Origin: Candidatus Bathyarchaeota archaeon
Lineage (GTDB): Archaea > Thermoproteota > Bathyarchaeia > TCS64
Direction: 5' to 3'
Length of the DNA stretch: 64,000 nucleotides
Assembly: GCA_963771885.1 (NCBI GenBank)
Contig: CAVYVF010000023.1
Coordinates: forward strand, 128,001-192,000
In this document: positions 59,017 through 64,000 of the stretch, piece by piece
Position numbering within the stretch: position 1 is the stretch's first letter
Layout: the number at the start of each line of letters is the position of its first letter
The notes under the pieces: model-generated
What the model saw: only the letters and a program-made list of their open reading frames with translations
Told to the model about the DNA's origin: nothing
The model's database searches: none
Position numbers and translations under genes: made by a program

Positions 59017-60312
59017 TTAGGTGACGGTACCCCTATCATCGTTGTACTTCTGGTACTCCTTGTTATCGATGACGCCCTTGAGGTGTTGGGCGACCTTCCA
59101 GACATCGTGGTATCCGATGTAGAGGGGGATTGGGGCGAGGCGCATGATGTTCGGCGGACGGAAGTCGGGTATAACGCCTCGAGTGATGAGAGCTTGGTTG
59201 ATCCTCCACCCCTCCTTGTGGGCGACGCCGACGTGACCGCCTCTCCTCTCCGGCTCGCGGGGTGTAGCGATTGTGTAATTGTACGGCGCCTTCCCCAGAA
59301 GCTCGTCGATGAGGTACATGAGGTACCCCGTGATCTTGAGCGACTTTTCCCTGATGCGCTCAATTCCTGCCTCACGCATGATTCGGAGCGAGCCCTCGAG
59401 AGGCGCGGCGCTGAACATGTTTATGGTGCCTATCTGCCATGCGGAGGCTGTCCTCGCCGGGTCGAAGCGAGTCTCCATGTTGAACATCGTTGAGCGATTG
59501 TTCCCCCACCACCCAGCCAACCCTGGGCGTACGCCGAATAAGCGTCTGTTGACGTAGAGGCTCGCTGTGCCGCCGGGGCCCGCGTTCATGTACTTGTAGT
59601 TGCACCAGAAGGCGAAGTCCACGTCCCAATGGTCGAAGAAGTGGGGGACGACGCCGACACTGTGGCTGCAGTCGAATCCTATCCATATCTTCTTGCGGTG
59701 TGCCGCCTTGGTGAGACGCGCCATGTCGGCGAGCTGCCCCGATTTGTAGTAGACGCTCGGGAGAAGGGCAAGCGCCACCTCCCCCGTCATATGCTCGATG
59801 ATGTCCTCCTCCTCGATCAATCCATTCCTCCCCTTTACGAGGATCAGGTCCTTCTCGGGGTCGCCTCCCCTGAGGATTATCTCAGCGGCGAGGGCGTAGA
59901 GGTCGCTCGGGAAATTGAGTTCGTCGGCGAGAATCTTTCTGCGCCTCCCCTTGGGCTCATAGAATGTCGCGACTAGGTTGTGGAGGTTGACGGTTGTGCT
60001 GTTTGTGACGACGACCTCGCCGGGTCCCGCCCCGACTAGGGGCGCCTCGAGGTCGCCGAGGGTCTCCCCGTAGTTGATCCAGGGTATCTTGCCCCTACCC
60101 CAGCCGGCGATGCCTAGGGTCTTCCACTCGTTTGCGACTCTCATCAACGTCTCTTCAGCGTCTTTACTCATCAGCCCGAGGCTGTTGCCATCCATGTAGA
60201 TGCTGTTCGGGACGTGGTGAAACCTACCCCTGAAGACGGCGAGCGGGTCCTCAGCGTCCATCCTGAGGGCGAAGTCCTCGCCGAGCTCGTACATCTGCGT
60301 CTTACCCTTCAT
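59017..60312 (-). CDS. kynU: kynureninase
   Basis: YMDGNSLGL, FPSDLY, DCSHSVG, WCNYKYMNAGPG, GWWG, DFRPP. Confidence 0.93.
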   Translation of the reverse strand: MKGKTQMYELGEDFALRMDAEDPLAVFRGRFHHVPNSIYMDGNSLGLMSKDAEETLMRVANEWKTLGIAGWGRGKIPWINYGETLGDLEAPLVGAGPGEVVVTNSTTVNLHNLVATFYEPKGRRRKILADELNFPSDLYALAAEIILRGGDPEKDLILVKGRNGLIEEEDIIEHMTGEVALALLPSVYYKSGQLADMARLTKAAHRKKIWIGFDCSHSVGVVPHFFDHWDVDFAFWCNYKYMNAGPGGTASLYVNRRLFGVRPGLAGWWGNNRSTMFNMETRFDPARTASAWQIGTINMFSAAPLEGSLRIMREAGIERIREKSLKITGYLMYLIDELLGKAPYNYTIATPREPERRGGHVGVAHKEGWRINQALITRGVIPDFRPPNIMRLAPIPLYIGYHDVWKVAQHLKGVIDNKEYQKYNDDRGTVT

Positions 60313-60381
60313 GGCTGATGTTGGCGTGGCAGAGCCTAAAAGACCGTCGCCCTTTTCCTCACCGATTCCAAACAATCCACT

Positions 60382-60483
60382 ATGGAGACCCCGACGCTTA
60401 CAACAGTGCGCCTTCTCTTTCGACCCGCTACCCAAGCGGACGTGCCATTCATCACATGCCTCTTCAGCAGGAGCGCGCGCTGA
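60382..60483 (+). pseudogene. N-terminal fragment of a RimJ/RimL-type GNAT acetyltransferase
   Basis: METPTLTTVRLLFRPATQADVPFITCLFS fits the LxTxRLxLRPxxxxD start, then stops after 33 aa. Confidence 0.6.
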
Positions 60484-60505
60484 CTGAGGCGGTCCGCGAG
60501 CTTGG

Positions 60506-61700
60506 TCAGAAGAGGTAGACCGTGACCTCGCTCCCGGCTTCGAGGAGCTGAGTGCCTACCGGGATTATGATGTAACCGTTCGCATAAGCCATGCTGGTTA
60601 TGTCGCCGCTCTGCTTAAAGACGGGTACAGCCTCGTCGCCCTCGACGCGCACCGAGTAGAACTGCTCCCGCTCCCCCTCCGCCTTAATCGCCTTACTCAG
60701 CTTCGCTTTAACTGATCTCTGTTCCGAAGGTGGCAGACCCGCTACCCGCCTCAATGCCGGGACGAGGAAGACGTAGGCGTTGTTCAGGCAGCTCGTCGAG
60801 TAACCCGGCATTCCAAAGACGGGGGTCCCGCCGACTTCGCCGAAGAGCGTCGGCTTCCCCGGCTTGACGCGTAGCCCGTGGAAGTGCACCTTGCCCAGGT
60901 CCTCGACGACCCCTGCGAATAGGTCGCGTACGCCCACGCTGCTGCCTCCACTGAAGACCGCGACGTCGTGTGTGGAGGCGTCCTTTACTGCGGCGGCGAT
61001 CGCGTCAAAGTCGTCGCGAACAAGCCCCCGGACCACGGGTACGCAGCCGTTAGCCGCAACCACCGCGGAGAGGGTGTAACTATTTATGTCGTAGACCTGA
61101 CCCGGCTTGAGGGGATTGCCCTGTAGGACGACCTCATTACCCGTGGAGTAGATGGCGACACGGGGCCTCGCGTAGACCCTAACCTTCGTGAAACCAAGGG
61201 CGGCTATAGCTCCGAGCCTACCCGGAGTGAGCGCTTCGCCTCCCTTTACGACCGCCTCACCACTCTTGATGTCCTCGCCTTCTGGTGCGACGTTTGAGCC
61301 GGGCTTCGCAGGCCTCTGAATCTCCACCCCGTCGCCTGAGAGCTTGGTGTACTCGACCATGACGACGGCGTCCGCCCCCTGGGGGACAGGCGCTCCCGTC
61401 GCGATCTCGACGCACTCGCCAGCGCCGACTACTCCGTCAAAGACTTCACCCGCGTGACGTGTCCCAATCAACTTGAGTACGATTCGGCACTGCCGCCGTG
61501 TCCGCCGCCCTCACCGCGTAGCCGTCCATAGAGCTGCGGTTAAAGGGCGGGACGTTCAAACCCGCGACCACGTCAGCCGCTAGCACCCGCCCAGAAGCCT
61601 CACCTAATGGTACTTCCTCAACCTTGGCGGTCCTACGTGTGTTCTCCTCTATGATGCTCACCGCGTCGAGGCGCGACATGAGCTTCCCGAAGGGCTTCAT
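60506..61700 (-). CDS. moeA: molybdopterin molybdotransferase (frameshift near 61480)
   Basis: PPFNRSSMDGYAV, IATGAPVP, STGNE, SGGSSVG, KPGKP. Confidence 0.94.
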
Positions 61701-62194
61701 CTGCTCAGCTCCCACTGCATGTGCCCGACGTTTGGCAAAATGATCTTTGTGAGCGCAACCTTTATCGCGTTCCGGGAGCCGGGGAGGCAGAAAATGAGCT
61801 TCCCTTGCGCAACCCCCGCGGTTGCTCGGCTCATGATGGCTGCGCCGCCTATCTCGTCGTAGCTTATCCTGCGGAAGAGTTCGCCGAAGCCGATCATCTC
61901 CTTATCCATTAGTGGCGTGACGGCGGCGACGGTCTTGTCCTTGGAGCCAATGCCCGTTCCCCCGCTGGTGACAACGACAGCGACGGAGTCGTCGAGGAGC
62001 ATCCCCTGCACCTCGGCCCTTATTTTCTCCTCGTTGTTAGGAACGAGGGTGTGGTGGACGACCTTGTGCCCGTCCCCCTCGATTAGGGAGACGGCGATCC
62101 GCCCAGTCTCGTCATCCTTCTCCGTCCTCGTATCACTTGTAACTATGAGGGCGAACGTCGTTGGCTCCTTCTTGTGCGTGGGGTGCTCGCTCAT
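61697..62194 (-). CDS. moaB: molybdenum cofactor biosynthesis protein B
   Basis: TSDTR, SGGTG, GFGELFR, SRATAG, LPGS. Confidence 0.92.
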   Translation of the reverse strand: MSEHPTHKKEPTTFALIVTSDTRTEKDDETGRIAVSLIEGDGHKVVHHTLVPNNEEKIRAEVQGMLLDDSVAVVVTSGGTGIGSKDKTVAAVTPLMDKEMIGFGELFRRISYDEIGGAAIMSRATAGVAQGKLIFCLPGSRNAIKVALTKIILPNVGHMQWELSR

Positions 62195-62619
62195 CTTCCC
62201 TTCCTCTTCTCCACGACCCTGATGTCCGTGATCCTCGTCGACGGGTACTGACCCGCCCCGTCCTTCTCCATGTACTTGACCATGTCCCAGACGTTGAGCA
62301 GAGCGACTGATACGCCCATGAGCGCCTCCATCTCGACCCCCGTCTTGTAGACCGCCTTAACGACGCAGCGCGCCTCAACATTGTCCTCACCGAGATTGAA
62401 CGAGGTGTCGACCGAGGTGAGGGGTATCTGGTGGCACATGGGGATGAGGTCGGGGGTCCTCTTGACCGCCTGTATGCTGGCGATCTCGGCGATGGTGAGG
62501 GGGTCGCCCTTCTTGACCTTCCCCGTTTTGATCGCCTCGACTGTCTCCTTCCTGAGAATTATTCTGCCGATTGCCTCGGCCGTCCTCGGCACCGACTCCT
62601 TGTCGGCGATTTCAACCAT
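62191..62619 (-). CDS. moaC: cyclic pyranopterin monophosphate synthase
   Basis: KKGD, LIPMCH, TGVEMEAL, WDMVK. Confidence 0.95.
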   Translation of the reverse strand: MVEIADKESVPRTAEAIGRIILRKETVEAIKTGKVKKGDPLTIAEIASIQAVKRTPDLIPMCHQIPLTSVDTSFNLGEDNVEARCVVKAVYKTGVEMEALMGVSVALLNVWDMVKYMEKDGAGQYPSTRITDIRVVEKRKGR

Positions 62620-62629
62620 CTCGAACGGG

Positions 62630-63052
62630 TTAGTCTTCGTCAGGTCTTCCAGCCTCCACCCAGCGCGCCCCCGAGGGGGTGTGCTCCCTCTTCCATATGG
62701 GCACCCTCTTCTTCAGCTCGTCGATGACGTAACGGCAGGCGTCGAAAGCCTCAGCGCGGTGCCCCGCGGAGACGGCGACGAGGACAATGTTATCGCCTAC
62801 CTTGAGGTCACCATACCTATGGACTACGAGGATGTCCTCGACGCCGAACTTTTGGATAGCCTCGCCCCTGATGACTTGTAGCTGCTTCTCCGCCATCTCG
62901 GGGTAGACTTCTATCTCCATCCTCTCGACGCGCCCCGCCTCCGACTCGTCGCGGACTGTGCCAACGAATGTGACTAGTCCGCCGACTGATGGCTTGGCGA
63001 GGTGCTGCAGCTCCTCGTCGACGCTGAAGTCGTCGCGTGTGACCCTTATCAT
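62630..63052 (-). CDS. moaE: molybdopterin synthase catalytic subunit
   Basis: FVGTVR, YPEMA, HRYG, HRAEAF, LKKRVPIWKRE. Confidence 0.95.
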   Translation of the reverse strand: MIRVTRDDFSVDEELQHLAKPSVGGLVTFVGTVRDESEAGRVERMEIEVYPEMAEKQLQVIRGEAIQKFGVEDILVVHRYGDLKVGDNIVLVAVSAGHRAEAFDACRYVIDELKKRVPIWKREHTPSGARWVEAGRPDED

Positions 63053-63055
63053 GGT

Positions 63056-63301
63056 CTAGCCTCCGCTGACGGGGGGGAATAGGGCGACCTCGTCCCCCGG
63101 CGTGAGGACCCGTTTAGGCTCGACGAAGGAGCCGTTTATAGCGACGAGTACGTTGCCCTCCTGCCCCTTGAGAGAGGAATGCATCCCAATGACCTTCTGC
63201 TTCAGTTCCTCCGCTGTGGCATCATCGGGGACGTCGACCTCCTCCTCCCGGAGCCCCGTGAACTCGCGTATGCTCGCGAAGTATCGGACTCTGAGCTTCA
63301 C
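63056..63301 (-). CDS. moaD: MoaD/SAMP sulfur carrier
   Basis: VRYFASIRE, GDEVALFPPVSGG C-terminus. Confidence 0.93.
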   Translation of the reverse strand: MKLRVRYFASIREFTGLREEEVDVPDDATAEELKQKVIGMHSSLKGQEGNVLVAINGSFVEPKRVLTPGDEVALFPPVSGG

Positions 63302-64000
63302 TTCTCCTCACTCCAGTAGGGTGCCCTACGGCTCGTCGCGAGTCGGAAGGCGTCAACCAGTTCCTCCTTGGATGCGCCTCTCCTTAAGAGTTGCACTACG
63401 GGGACGAGGTTGTCGCCCCGCATGAGGCATGGCTTGAGGTGCCCGTCGCTTGTTAGGCGGAGCCTGTTGCAGTTGGCGCAGAATACCGTGTTGTGTATGG
63501 GGCGTACAATCTCGACCGTCGCGCCGCTTGGGAGGGTGTACCTCTTACGGCGGTGCATCACCTGCTCCTCCACCTTGACTGCCTCATCGCCCCACAGCTC
63601 CTCAAGGGTCGTCAGGTCGTAGTAGAGGTCACCCCACCTCTCCACGCCCCTCTCGAGCCTCTGGTACTCGATGAGCTGTAGTATAGCCCCCGTCTCCGCT
63701 GAGAGGCGCAGCATCTCAGGTATCTCGTCGGAGTTGAGCCCCTTCATGACAACAAAGTTGAGCTTAATCGGCTTTAGCCCCGCCTCATCGGCGGCGTGTA
63801 TCCCTGCCCTGACCCTGTCGAGGCAGTCAACGCCCGCGATCTTCTTCACGACTTCCCGCTTTAAGCTGTGGAGACTTACGTTGACCCTCCGAAGTCCCGC
63901 ATCGCGTAGCGCCTCCGCATTTCCAGGGAGGCTGAGAGCGTTCGTCGTCATCGAGACCTCCCTCACGTGAGGCGAGATGAGGCGGATGACGTCGACTATG
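63298..64000 (-). CDS. moaA: GTP 3',8-cyclase, 3' part (runs off window end)
   Basis: MTTNA, RVNVSLHS, FCANCNRLRLTSDGHLKPCL. Confidence 0.93.
   Translation of the reverse strand, partial: IVDVIRLISPHVREVSMTTNALSLPGNAEALRDAGLRRVNVSLHSLKREVVKKIAGVDCLDRVRAGIHAADEAGLKPIKLNFVVMKGLNSDEIPEMLRLSAETGAILQLIEYQRLERGVERWGDLYYDLTTLEELWGDEAVKVEEQVMHRRKRYTLPSGATVEIVRPIHNTVFCANCNRLRLTSDGHLKPCLMRGDNLVPVVQLLRRGASKEELVDAFRLATSRRAPYWSEEK

Overview
GC-rich archaeal chromosome segment. Eukaryote-like topoisomerase IB, the RIO1-KH-topo VI operon, archaeal-type TPI and TATA promoters point to TACK, probably Bathyarchaeia (inference). It is mostly housekeeping and catabolic genes: pckG, argG, sucCD, metG, tpiA, top6AB, glpK, kynU, moa/moe, copA, transporters, and tRNA-His and tRNA-Leu. 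About 14 single-base frameshifts, three of them in metG, indicate an unpolished long-read-type assembly, so every disruption needs read-level checking. Best leads: (1) a ~1 kb decayed element directly after tRNA-Leu with arrays of a GTGCR pentamer spaced ~10 bp apart in opposite orientations (origin-like); (2) an 11-codon remnant that looks like an internally deleted aIF-1A at the head of the RIO1-KH-top6B operon, where KH and top6B have only near-cognate CTG/ACG start candidates; (3) a divergent locus encoding an RPH/PigC-architecture PEP-utilising enzyme, an AttH/lipocalin-like protein, two Fe-S proteins and a CooC-like ATPase; (4) a GlmL-like ASKHA protein with an uncharacterised partner and no B12 mutase nearby. 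No CRISPR array, rRNA or intact transposase was seen. All family calls are motif recognition by eye, not database results.
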